A DNA stretch of 64,000 nucleotides, from IMG/VR virus record IMGVR_UViG_3300032050_000010. One strand, written 5' to 3'. Position 1 is the first letter of the stretch; the number at the start of each line of letters is the position of its first letter. This document shows, in pieces, positions 21,549 to 30,531 of this stretch. Origin of the DNA: a virus. The translations under genes were made by a program, and so were the position numbers. The notes under the pieces were generated by a model. That model saw only the letters and a list, made by a program, of their open reading frames with translations, was not told the DNA's origin and searched no databases.

Positions 21549-22451
21549 ATGACGAAATTTGCACCAGTTCAAGTCACCTGCCAGTTCTGCCAAAAGATCT
21601 GGCAGGTTCCCTATAGATCGAGAAGCTCAAAATATTGCTCAAAAGCTTGCTCCAACTCCGGAACAAAACGCCAACGCGTCACGAAGACGTGCGAGCACTG
21701 CGGCACGGAATTTGATGTCATAAAGTTTAGAGCAGAAGATGCTAGATTTTGCACACAGAAATGTGCTTACGATCATCTTTATCAGAGACCTGATGGGCCT
21801 ATAATCATTTCTTGCGAAGGCTGCGGAAGCAATTTTGAGACGACGTTTATCAATAGAGCTCGACGATTTTGCTCTAAATCATGCGCAAATTTAGGTGAAA
21901 GAAATGCATTCTATCATTGTAGAGGTGCAGCAAATCACAGGTTTGGAAAACCTGCTTGGAACAGCGGATTGACAGCTTATACAGACGATCGTGTCAAAAG
22001 AAATTCTGAAAAAGTATCAGATGCCATCTCTCAAAAGATTGTCGACGGTCTTTGGACACATACGGGCTTTAAGACAGAGTGGTACGTATCTAAGAAAGCA
22101 GGCAGAATTTTTCTGCGGTCATCTTACGAAAGTGTTTTTGCAAGGCAACTTGATAATGACAACGATGTAGTAACATTTACATCCGAACCATTAAAGATAC
22201 CCTACACACATGATGAAAGACGAAAGAACTACATTCCAGATTTCTTAGTAGAATATCGCGATGGTAAAAAAGAGATTATTGAAGTGAAACCTTGCACTCT
22301 GGTTTCATCTGATGAAGTGTCTGTAAAGACAAGTGCAGCAATAAAATTTTGCAATGACCTGGGAATTAGCTACAGGATCGTAACCGAAGCCGATTTAGGA
22401 TTGACGCACGCTCGAGGCGATGAATTTAAGGATAATAAAACATGTTTATAG
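21549..22451 (+). CDS. Free-standing putative homing endonuclease: three CxxC/CSxxC zinc-ribbon repeats plus TnsA_N-like PD-(D/E)xK nuclease
   Basis: CQFC..YCSKAC, CEHC..FCTQKC, CEGC..FCSKSC; PAWNSGLT; LRSSYE...SEPLKIPY...YIPDFLVEY..KEIIEVKP. Confidence 0.75.
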   Translation: MTKFAPVQVTCQFCQKIWQVPYRSRSSKYCSKACSNSGTKRQRVTKTCEHCGTEFDVIKFRAEDARFCTQKCAYDHLYQRPDGPIIISCEGCGSNFETTFINRARRFCSKSCANLGERNAFYHCRGAANHRFGKPAWNSGLTAYTDDRVKRNSEKVSDAISQKIVDGLWTHTGFKTEWYVSKKAGRIFLRSSYESVFARQLDNDNDVVTFTSEPLKIPYTHDERRKNYIPDFLVEYRDGKKEIIEVKPCTLVSSDEVSVKTSAAIKFCNDLGISYRIVTEADLGLTHARGDEFKDNKTCL

Positions 22452-22475
22452 TTATAAAGGTAAAAAGAGGGGTAC

Positions 22476-24878
22476 ATGTCATTCATCAAGCTGCAGCCTG
22501 AGAACTTCGACACGTTCTCTCTCACACTGCGGCCACGCGCTGAGTTTGTGTCGTCTTCAAGCGGGATCACAGGATCAGTTCGGTTGATAGAACGGCCGAG
22601 TGCCTATCTTAAGGAAGAAATTGCCATAGGCACTAGAGGAACGACGACGTTTGTAGAAGATCCTACAGGACCTGCATACATCGAGTCACTGAGGCAGGAC
22701 ATAATTGCTAACACTACAGATCGTCCTGCTCTGCTAGATGAGTACATTCGTCTTGTAAATCTCCTAGCTGAGAGTAGGAAAAATGACATCGTCATCCCGG
22801 TGCAGCGTATAACACAGTCGATCGAATTTGATCGCAACTCATTCACTAAAAGCATCATCAAGAATGTCATGATGCCACAGTACCGATCTGTCTACGCAGA
22901 TTGTGACTACTCTTATAAGAACTACCACACGATCAACTTCTTCACAGCATCGACGGTGCCTAGTGATAGCGCAATCATCTATCCAAACATTGATGACCAA
23001 TACACACTGACAGATGCTTTTAGCTTTGATTTTTACATCAATCCGAGGTATTTAGCAGACGCAGGTATTAGCTTTAATGCAGGTGCTATCCTGCACATGT
23101 CGTCATCAATTTGTGTGTCACTACACACAGGATCACACAAGAATGCAGACGGTCAAGTTGATCAATTTCGTCTTGCAGTAGGCTTTCAGCACAGTGCGAA
23201 TGTGCCACTTAACAGTATTGATGTTACGCAGGCAAATGGTTCAAGATCATATCCGCAAGATTTAATCTACGTCAGCGATGATAATCTCTTAAAGCATAAC
23301 AACTGGCATCATGTTTCAATTCGTTGGGGCGCATCATACAACAACGGATCAGGATCTTTCACAATTGATGCTACGACATCTTCTTTCTACTACCCAAGCA
23401 GCTCAATTACAGACACAGCAAATGTAGAAACATTGATCTTGGGAAATCAGTATGTTGGAAGTGATACGACGGCAAAGTTCTTCAACAGCGTAGTTGCTAA
23501 CACAACAACAGGTGAAGGTGTAACGCAACTCGACGGAGGCACAAGCGACCCAGCAGGTTTCACGTTTTCAAGCCCACTCAATGCCGAAATACATGAAGTT
23601 AAAATTTTCAATAGAGTTTTGACAGATACAGAAGTTAGTTACTACAGAACAAATGGCGCCACCGCCAGTACTTCTGGATTGATTTTTTACTTGCCTCCCT
23701 TTTTTACAAACTACGCTGTAAAACAGCAGGAAGATTTTGTCACACCAATAGGTAAATTAAGTGAGATAGCAGGTAAGCCCGCCGCAAAGTTAAATGTTAC
23801 GCCTTTCAACATACCACTTGCTTTTGCTTGTCAAGTTTTTTCTCCTAATCTTCAAAATTTTCTATTTGATCAAGTTTCAAGTTCACCAGCTCAATTTGCA
23901 TCAAGTGGGTTAAACTACGCACCGCGCCTTTATCGCCTAACAGGATCGCTCAATACAACCGTTGTTGACACATTTGCTGTCGATCACTTGCTCAAAGATC
24001 CTGCTTTTGCTAAGCGTGCGTACACAATTTTGCCATGTGACAATGGCTTCATCTCGCCGTCTATAAGCTTGATAACAGACACAGCAGAAGGTTTATATAG
24101 ACAATTTTCACTTGGAATAGATGAAGTAAAAGACAGCATATCACTGTCTAACATAGACACAACACTTGAACCTACATCGCAGGGAACGGGATCGATAGCA
24201 AGGTCAGGAATTGAAAATTATTTAACTCCAACAAACTTCAATTTTGACACGAGCTACTACAGCCTCTTCTCGCGCGGTTATCAAGGGACAGTCACATCAC
24301 TCTTTTCTTTTAACACAACGTCATCATTTGCTGATAGATCAAGCAACCTGTCGACGATCTATCAAGTTAGCAATCTCTATTACGGTAATCAGATATTCCC
24401 GCAGTCATTTACATTATCATCTACAGCACTGACAGGCTCGGGTGATAAGATTAACATCACGCTTAAGGATAACGGCTTTGGGGGTCTCTACCGCGCAGAT
24501 GCAGTCACACCTCCGCCCACTTGGGCGACTGTAGGTAACCTCTTCTACGATGAGGGTCTTGCGATCATCAAGTCACCTCACCTCTACTACTTCGGTAAGG
24601 ACAATTTCTCTGTCTCGTTCAATGGGTCGCAGAATATCCACACATATACTATCGATGTTATTTGTCCAGCTGGAGAGATCAACTCATCATCTAATCCGAG
24701 TTACCTATCATTCCCACCTACAAATGAACAGAATGAAACGGCAGATAACTTCGTGTACATCACGGGCATCAATATTCACGACGACAACTTTAACGTTATT
24801 ATGAGAGCGAACCTGGCACAACCAGTGCTCAAGAGGCCCGATGAAGAGTTTCTCTTTAGAATTAAGTACGACATGTGA
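22476..24878 (+). CDS. Virion protein with LamG-like domain; C-terminus paralogous to 20295..21488
   Basis: 800 aa; NWHHVSIRW and LNAEIHEVKIFNRVLT (LamG-like); ends YITGINIHDDNFNVIMRANLAQPVLKRPDEEFLFRIKYDM. Confidence 0.6.
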   Translation: MSFIKLQPENFDTFSLTLRPRAEFVSSSSGITGSVRLIERPSAYLKEEIAIGTRGTTTFVEDPTGPAYIESLRQDIIANTTDRPALLDEYIRLVNLLAESRKNDIVIPVQRITQSIEFDRNSFTKSIIKNVMMPQYRSVYADCDYSYKNYHTINFFTASTVPSDSAIIYPNIDDQYTLTDAFSFDFYINPRYLADAGISFNAGAILHMSSSICVSLHTGSHKNADGQVDQFRLAVGFQHSANVPLNSIDVTQANGSRSYPQDLIYVSDDNLLKHNNWHHVSIRWGASYNNGSGSFTIDATTSSFYYPSSSITDTANVETLILGNQYVGSDTTAKFFNSVVANTTTGEGVTQLDGGTSDPAGFTFSSPLNAEIHEVKIFNRVLTDTEVSYYRTNGATASTSGLIFYLPPFFTNYAVKQQEDFVTPIGKLSEIAGKPAAKLNVTPFNIPLAFACQVFSPNLQNFLFDQVSSSPAQFASSGLNYAPRLYRLTGSLNTTVVDTFAVDHLLKDPAFAKRAYTILPCDNGFISPSISLITDTAEGLYRQFSLGIDEVKDSISLSNIDTTLEPTSQGTGSIARSGIENYLTPTNFNFDTSYYSLFSRGYQGTVTSLFSFNTTSSFADRSSNLSTIYQVSNLYYGNQIFPQSFTLSSTALTGSGDKINITLKDNGFGGLYRADAVTPPPTWATVGNLFYDEGLAIIKSPHLYYFGKDNFSVSFNGSQNIHTYTIDVICPAGEINSSSNPSYLSFPPTNEQNETADNFVYITGINIHDDNFNVIMRANLAQPVLKRPDEEFLFRIKYDM

Positions 24879-25401
24879 TACGATCCTCGGCCTCGACATC
24901 TCGACGTCATGCACAGGCTACGCGATTGTGACGACAGATGTGGGCAGAGTAGTTGAGGTAGGAAATTTTAAGCTTGACAAGCTTGATGACTTCTTCGATA
25001 AGTGTGATGCTTATAGGACCGCACTCTCGGCAGTTTTTGCAAGGCATGTGGGCATCAAGAAGATCTGCATCGAGGAGAACTTGCAAGCATTCCGGCCAGG
25101 CATGTCATCTGCTAAGACGATCAATACACTCGCTCGTTTTAATGGCGCAGCGTCTCTGATCTCTTACGAAGTTTGCAAGACAAAACCCGTCTTTCTCAAT
25201 GCCACGTCAGCAAGGTCGAAGCTGGGTATCAAGCTTGACCGAAAGTCAGAAGTGTCCACGAAGCAGCAGATCTTCGAGTTCGTCAAACCTCAAATTGACA
25301 TTGAGTGGCCCACCACAAAGACGGGTGGCGTCCAGACATCGTGCTATGATATGTCAGATGCATATGTGCTGGCTCGAGCAGGCTGGTTGAACAAAGAGTA
25401 G
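24841..25401 (+). CDS. RuvC-like Holliday junction resolvase
   Basis: ILGLDISTSCTG, ICIEE, LARFNG, YDMSDAYVLA; AAGAGG upstream of ATG 24841. Confidence 0.8.
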   Translation: MKSFSLELSTTCDTILGLDISTSCTGYAIVTTDVGRVVEVGNFKLDKLDDFFDKCDAYRTALSAVFARHVGIKKICIEENLQAFRPGMSSAKTINTLARFNGAASLISYEVCKTKPVFLNATSARSKLGIKLDRKSEVSTKQQIFEFVKPQIDIEWPTTKTGGVQTSCYDMSDAYVLARAGWLNKE

Positions 25402-25415
25402 ACGTATCTTACTAT
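25387..25415 (+). promoter_or_regulatory. sigma70-like promoter TTGAAC-17-TACTAT; predicted leaderless primase mRNA
   Basis: -35 at 25387-92, -10 at 25410-15, ATG at 25422, no SD. Confidence 0.55.
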
Positions 25416-25421
25416 TAAGAT

Positions 25422-26384
25422 ATGACGACTGTCACTTCGACCGAGAAGATAAGATTTCTGCGCGGCATATTTCGTGACATCCAAGTTTCACGAGACGGCA
25501 ACGATTGTGCTGTTCCGTGCCCAAACTGTAAGACACCTGACAAGAAGAAGCTGTCGATCAACGTTGAGACGTGGAAGTACCACTGCTGGGTATGTGGTGT
25601 CAAAGGTGGAAATCTTCGATCGCTCTTTAAGCAGTACTACTCACCCGAAGTTGTTGTCGCTTTTAGAGAGCATTTCGGCATTAGTGACGATGACGCATCT
25701 GAGGTTCCTGTTGTAGAGGTTGTGACACTGCCTGACGGTTTGCAACCTGTTGCACTCGTGGCAAACTCTAAGAACCCTAATTTCAGAGCGACATACAACT
25801 ATCTGATGCGGCGCGGCCTAACTGAGCGCGACCTGTGGTATTGGAAGATGTGTGTCAGCAGTGAGAATAGCTTTACAAGACGCGTCATCATACCCTCATT
25901 TGACTCTGATGGTGATCTTAACTACTACGTCTCACGTTCGATTGATAAGGACACAAAACCTCGCTATGTCAATTCAAAAGCAAACAAGACAGAGATCATC
26001 TTCAACGATTTAATGGTTGATTGGTCAAAGCCCGTCGTGATCGTCGAGGGCGTCTTTGATGCGATCAACGTTGGTCAGAATGCAATCCCAATACTTGGAT
26101 CGTACCTACCGCAATCAGCAGCACTTTTTGCCAAGATTGTGGCAAACAATATTCCGGTGACGTTGGCACTCGACCCCGACGTTGAGGATAAGATGCATAA
26201 GATTGCAGGTGATCTGTACAAGTTCGGCGTCGAGGTCCGTCAAGCAGACATCACAGGTTTTAAAGACATCGGTGAGATGCCGCGTGACGTTGCTAAGCAG
26301 TGTATAGCAGATGCAAAAGCGTGGCATCCAAAGATCAGCATGCTGCACAAAATTAGCAAGATATCAAGTGGATCTATTCTATAG
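25422..26384 (+). CDS. DNA primase (zinc finger plus TOPRIM)
   Basis: CPNC...HCWVC zinc finger; RRVIIP; IVEGVFDA; LALDPD; KDIGEM. Confidence 0.85.
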   Translation: MTTVTSTEKIRFLRGIFRDIQVSRDGNDCAVPCPNCKTPDKKKLSINVETWKYHCWVCGVKGGNLRSLFKQYYSPEVVVAFREHFGISDDDASEVPVVEVVTLPDGLQPVALVANSKNPNFRATYNYLMRRGLTERDLWYWKMCVSSENSFTRRVIIPSFDSDGDLNYYVSRSIDKDTKPRYVNSKANKTEIIFNDLMVDWSKPVVIVEGVFDAINVGQNAIPILGSYLPQSAALFAKIVANNIPVTLALDPDVEDKMHKIAGDLYKFGVEVRQADITGFKDIGEMPRDVAKQCIADAKAWHPKISMLHKISKISSGSIL

Positions 26385-26399
26385 CAGATATTTAACTGC

Positions 26400-26759
26400 A
26401 TGCCTAGTAATCTAAAACTTCGTCGATTCATTCTCAAAGAGATGGCCGATGTGCTCGCAGATGATGCACTCTTCACAAAGCAGACCCCACAAGACGACTC
26501 GCCCGTTGGTGACGTAGGCGACGAGACAGTAGATGAAGGCGGCGACTGCGGTTGCGGTTGCGGTGGAGCACCGGGAGGCTGCGGCGGCAAGAAGAGCGGA
26601 ACAATCACAGCAACTGCGCTCTTCAAGAGAAGCCTCTATGAGATCATCGAAGATGCGATTGGTGTGTACGACCAGTACGATGATGCCGACCAGATAAGCG
26701 ACGAGATGATTGCTGAGATCGAGCACTTCAGCAACAAGCTCAAAGCCTTTAGGAACTAA
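26400..26759 (+). CDS. Small acidic hypothetical protein with Cys/Gly motif
   Basis: 119 aa; LRRFILKE N-terminus; DCGCGCGGAPGGCGG; preceded by ATATTTA. Confidence 0.6.
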   Translation: MPSNLKLRRFILKEMADVLADDALFTKQTPQDDSPVGDVGDETVDEGGDCGCGCGGAPGGCGGKKSGTITATALFKRSLYEIIEDAIGVYDQYDDADQISDEMIAEIEHFSNKLKAFRN

Positions 26760-26797
26760 AATATAAATCTAGCTTTTCTTGTCTAAGATTAGAACAT

Positions 26798-29700
26798 ATG
26801 AAAGCGTTCCATATCTCAGACATCCATTTTAGAGGCCTGTCTCGACATGACGAGTATAGGAAGTGTTTCACTAGATTGTTCGACATCGCTCGAAAGGAGA
26901 AGCCTGATGTCTTCTTCGTCGGTGGCGACATCGTTCACTCCAAGACACAGGGCATCACACCAGAGCTGATTGATATTCTGACTTGGTGCTTTGAGACGAT
27001 GGCAGAGATCGCGCCTGTCCACATGATCCTGGGTAATCATGACGGTCTCATCCACAACAAGAGCCGACAAGATGCGATCACACCCATCATCAACGCGCTG
27101 GGAAACAAGCGCATCTACTTGTACAAGAAGTCGGGTGTCTATCCGACGGGCCTGCCTGGCATCAACTGGTGCGTCTTTTCGTGCTTTGACGAGGAGGGGT
27201 GGGACGATGTCAAGCCTGTCAAGGGTGAGATCAACATCGCTTGCTTCCACGGTGCCGTTCGTGGGTCATCGACTGACTCCGACTGGAAGATCAACGGTGA
27301 AGTGACAGCAAGCTTCTTTGATGAGTTTGACTACACATTCCTGGGTGACATTCACAAGCGTCAAAATGTCACAGGCAACGGTGTCATCTCCTATCCTGGG
27401 TCGTTCATCCAGCAGGATTACGGTGAGGATGTCATCAAGGGCTGCCTGCTGTGGGATATTAAGTCATCAGTTGATTACAGCTGTAAGTTCATCCACATCA
27501 TCAACGACTCACCATTTGTAACGATCGGTTACCGCGGTGATCTTGATGAAACTTACCAGATGATCGATAGCGCTCCTACGGGTGCACGTGTCCGCATTGG
27601 CTCCGATGTTCCGGTGCCACCTACAACGCTGCACCTCATTGAATCGAAGCTGCAAGCTGAGAAGTCACCTAAAGAGATTGTCTATAAGATCGCAGATCTA
27701 GACGCTGGCAAAAGCCTGGCAAAGACAAGCGGAACACCCGTCACAGATCTCAGGCAGCCTAGCACAATCAAAGAGTTGATCCGTGACTTCTACAGCGACT
27801 CAGCGTTGCCAAAAGACAAGTTTGAGCGTGTTGATGCAATCGTCGACAGGTACATGAAGTCACTTGATTTGGGTGGTGATGAGGATCGAAACTACAGCTG
27901 GTCACTTGACAAGCTGGCTTTTAGGAACACGTTTGCATTCCGCGGTGATAACGAGATTGACTTTACCAAGTCATCTGGCATCACAGGCATCTTTGGCAAG
28001 AACCGTGCTGGAAAGTCATCCATCATTGGCAGCCTTGTCTACTGTCTCTTCAACACCTCAGATAGAGGATCTCTCAAGAACCTCCACATCATCAATGACA
28101 AGGAGGACACATGTGATGCTGAAGCAGACATTACAGTCAAGGGTGACAAGTACAAGATTTCTCGCAGAACTAAGAAGACAGTCAATAAGAAGGGTGACGT
28201 CAACGTCAACACGACGCTAGGCATCACTAAACTCGACACTGATATGCAGCTAAGTGACGTCTCAGATGAACAGCGTCGTGAGACAGAGAAGGTGCTGCGA
28301 CAGCTAATTGGAACTGCAGATGACTTCTTCATGACATCGCTTGCAGCTCAAGGAAACCTCAATAAGTTCTTTGAGGAGAAGTCGACAGCCCGCAAGCAGA
28401 TCATTGGAAAGTTTCTTAATCTTGACATCTTTGACTCACTTTATGAGCGGTCACGAGAGGATCTTGTACCTCTCCGTGCCTCGTTTAGAGGTCGCCGAGA
28501 CAAGCAGCAGATTGATGCAAAAATTTCTGATGCTGTAAAGATGCTTGCAGTTGAGAGAGAGAAAACTTCTGAACTTGACAATGCACACAGTGATCTTACT
28601 AGGAAGTTAGCAGATCTACGTGTCATTATCAATGGTGATACATCAGTCGAGGCAGCTGTCAAGCTGCGTGAACTCGAGCAGCGCAGGGATCGTCTTGCTG
28701 AGAAGCATAAGGAGTATACATCTCAAATTGAGGATGCCTCCGCACTGCGCGCTAAGCATACAGTTCGCCTTGAGAAGTTCAGTGCACTGAAGGAAAAGTT
28801 TCCTATTGATGAGCTTCGACAGAAAGTTCAATCACAAAGGTCGCTAGAGACAAAGCTCGAAGCTGCAAATAGAGAGCTACAACAGCACCTTAAATCTCTA
28901 GGAAGGCTGAATGAAGATGTTGGAATTCTATCGACTGTTCCATGCGGCGACGAATTTCCAACGTGTCCATTCATCAAGAAGGCGTTTGAGAGCAAGTCAA
29001 AGATTGGCCAGGAGCAGCTAGAAGTTGAAGAGCAGCGGAAGTACATCAAGCAGCTTCAAGCTGATATTAACGAAATAGCCGAGCAAAATCTTGACGAAAA
29101 GGTCAAGAAATACGACGTAATGCTCCAGGAAGAGCGAACACTCCAGTTTGATGTTAGCAAGCTTGATATGAAGATCGAGCATGCAGAGGCATCACTTAAA
29201 ACTGTCAATGTAGATCTTGCTACATGTAATCTTGAGATCGATCGTCTAAGTGCGGTAGTCAACGACTCAGACAGCCTATGCGGTGTCTATGACAGCATCA
29301 AGGAAGTAGAAGAAGAGCTTGAGAAGACACGTAAATTGCAGCTCACAAATGCAAAGAACGTCGGTGCTCATGAGACATCGATCACAACGCTCCAGAGTGA
29401 GAAGGAGACGCTTGAGCGAGATCTTGCTGACCTCGAGATCTTTGAGTTGTTCAACGTCGCCATGTCAAAGAAGGGCCTCCCTTCTCGCCTAATCTCTAAA
29501 CTACTTCCTCTTGTCAATGCTGAGATCCAGAACATTCTACTCGGTGTCTGCAATTTCACAGTCGAGCTTGAGGTTGATGAGGAGTCGAACTCACTTGAAG
29601 TTTACATTAACTACGGTGACAAGCGACGGATAATTGAGCTAGGATCGGGAATGGAAAAGATGATCTCTGCAATTGCGACAAGAGTTGCTCTCATTAATAT

Positions 29701-29917
29701 GTCATCTTTGCCTAAATCCAACATCTTCATCATTGACGAAGGGTTTGGCGCACTTGATGACACCAATCTTGAAGCATGCTCGCGCCTGCTGCGGTCGCTG
29801 AAGAAGCACTTCAACCAGATCCTCATCATCTCACACGTAGATGCAATCAAGGATGCAGTTGACAACTTTGTTGAGATCAACTGGATCGACGGAGGCGCAA
29901 GTGTCAGATACTCCTGA
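26798..29917 (+). CDS. Fused SbcD/Mre11 (gp47-like) nuclease and SbcC/Rad50 (gp46-like) ATPase
   Basis: N-terminal metallophosphoesterase motifs (SDIH, GGDIVH, GNHD, FHG, GDIH); Walker A GKNRAGKSS; coiled coil; GSGME signature; IIDEGFGALD; ISH. Confidence 0.9.
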   Translation: MKAFHISDIHFRGLSRHDEYRKCFTRLFDIARKEKPDVFFVGGDIVHSKTQGITPELIDILTWCFETMAEIAPVHMILGNHDGLIHNKSRQDAITPIINALGNKRIYLYKKSGVYPTGLPGINWCVFSCFDEEGWDDVKPVKGEINIACFHGAVRGSSTDSDWKINGEVTASFFDEFDYTFLGDIHKRQNVTGNGVISYPGSFIQQDYGEDVIKGCLLWDIKSSVDYSCKFIHIINDSPFVTIGYRGDLDETYQMIDSAPTGARVRIGSDVPVPPTTLHLIESKLQAEKSPKEIVYKIADLDAGKSLAKTSGTPVTDLRQPSTIKELIRDFYSDSALPKDKFERVDAIVDRYMKSLDLGGDEDRNYSWSLDKLAFRNTFAFRGDNEIDFTKSSGITGIFGKNRAGKSSIIGSLVYCLFNTSDRGSLKNLHIINDKEDTCDAEADITVKGDKYKISRRTKKTVNKKGDVNVNTTLGITKLDTDMQLSDVSDEQRRETEKVLRQLIGTADDFFMTSLAAQGNLNKFFEEKSTARKQIIGKFLNLDIFDSLYERSREDLVPLRASFRGRRDKQQIDAKISDAVKMLAVEREKTSELDNAHSDLTRKLADLRVIINGDTSVEAAVKLRELEQRRDRLAEKHKEYTSQIEDASALRAKHTVRLEKFSALKEKFPIDELRQKVQSQRSLETKLEAANRELQQHLKSLGRLNEDVGILSTVPCGDEFPTCPFIKKAFESKSKIGQEQLEVEEQRKYIKQLQADINEIAEQNLDEKVKKYDVMLQEERTLQFDVSKLDMKIEHAEASLKTVNVDLATCNLEIDRLSAVVNDSDSLCGVYDSIKEVEEELEKTRKLQLTNAKNVGAHETSITTLQSEKETLERDLADLEIFELFNVAMSKKGLPSRLISKLLPLVNAEIQNILLGVCNFTVELEVDEESNSLEVYINYGDKRRIIELGSGMEKMISAIATRVALINMSSLPKSNIFIIDEGFGALDDTNLEACSRLLRSLKKHFNQILIISHVDAIKDAVDNFVEINWIDGGASVRYS

Positions 29918-30143
29918 TGTCACTCCGTTATTCTGTCTTGTCTGTGAGACAGTGATGGTTGGGCAAGATGATGTTGACTACCACAGGCTGTTTCAGTGCT
30001 GCACGGAGTGTGGCATGAAGTGGGCCGAGACGAACCGCTCACAATGGTTGATGGGATGGCGTCCTAACAGAGATGAAGTGGATGCTGAAATTATTAATAG
30101 AAGATCGCACATACTTAACGAAATAGATATACTAAGAGGATAG
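29901..30143 (+). CDS. Small zinc-finger protein (CxxC...CCxxC)
   Basis: Same frame as the track ORF 29841..30143; better start GTG 29901 with GGAGG at 29891-95; FCLVC...QCCTEC. Confidence 0.6.
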   Translation: MSDTPDVTPLFCLVCETVMVGQDDVDYHRLFQCCTECGMKWAETNRSQWLMGWRPNRDEVDAEIINRRSHILNEIDILRG

Positions 30144-30147
30144 TCGC

Positions 30148-30531
30148 ATGCTTTCAATGCAACAAGTAAATACACTCGGGCAGCTTATCGACACAACTTT
30201 CGGTAAAAGCTCAACAACAAATGCACCGACGGTGTCAATAAAGATGACGCTCCAAGGCAACTCTCTCATCGTTAAGTACACAACGCTGGTTCACTTTGCT
30301 TCCGAGCAATCCATGAGAGAGCAGTCAAAAGAGCTGGAGCGCGCTGCAGTTCAGCTTACTAAGAAGTCGATTGATCAAGTTGAGAAAGATTTCAAGAGAA
30401 TTGAAGGTAAGACACTCAATCTCAAGAAGAAGACGTCTGACAACGGCATCGAGCTGATCAGTATGTCACCTTACAATCCACGTAAAGTTGCATACTATAG
30501 ATTTAATACGACATATGAAATCGATGTATGA
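30148..30531 (+). CDS. Hypothetical protein coupled to terminase
   Basis: 127 aa, SD GAGGA, ATGA overlap with TerL. Confidence 0.6.
   Translation: MLSMQQVNTLGQLIDTTFGKSSTTNAPTVSIKMTLQGNSLIVKYTTLVHFASEQSMREQSKELERAAVQLTKKSIDQVEKDFKRIEGKTLNLKKKTSDNGIELISMSPYNPRKVAYYRFNTTYEIDV

Noticed and set aside
24880-24882. Possible non-canonical ACG start for the RuvC-like gene (ACG-ILGLD)
   Set aside because: An in-frame ATG at 24841 with AAGAGG upstream is adequate; this cannot be resolved from sequence alone.
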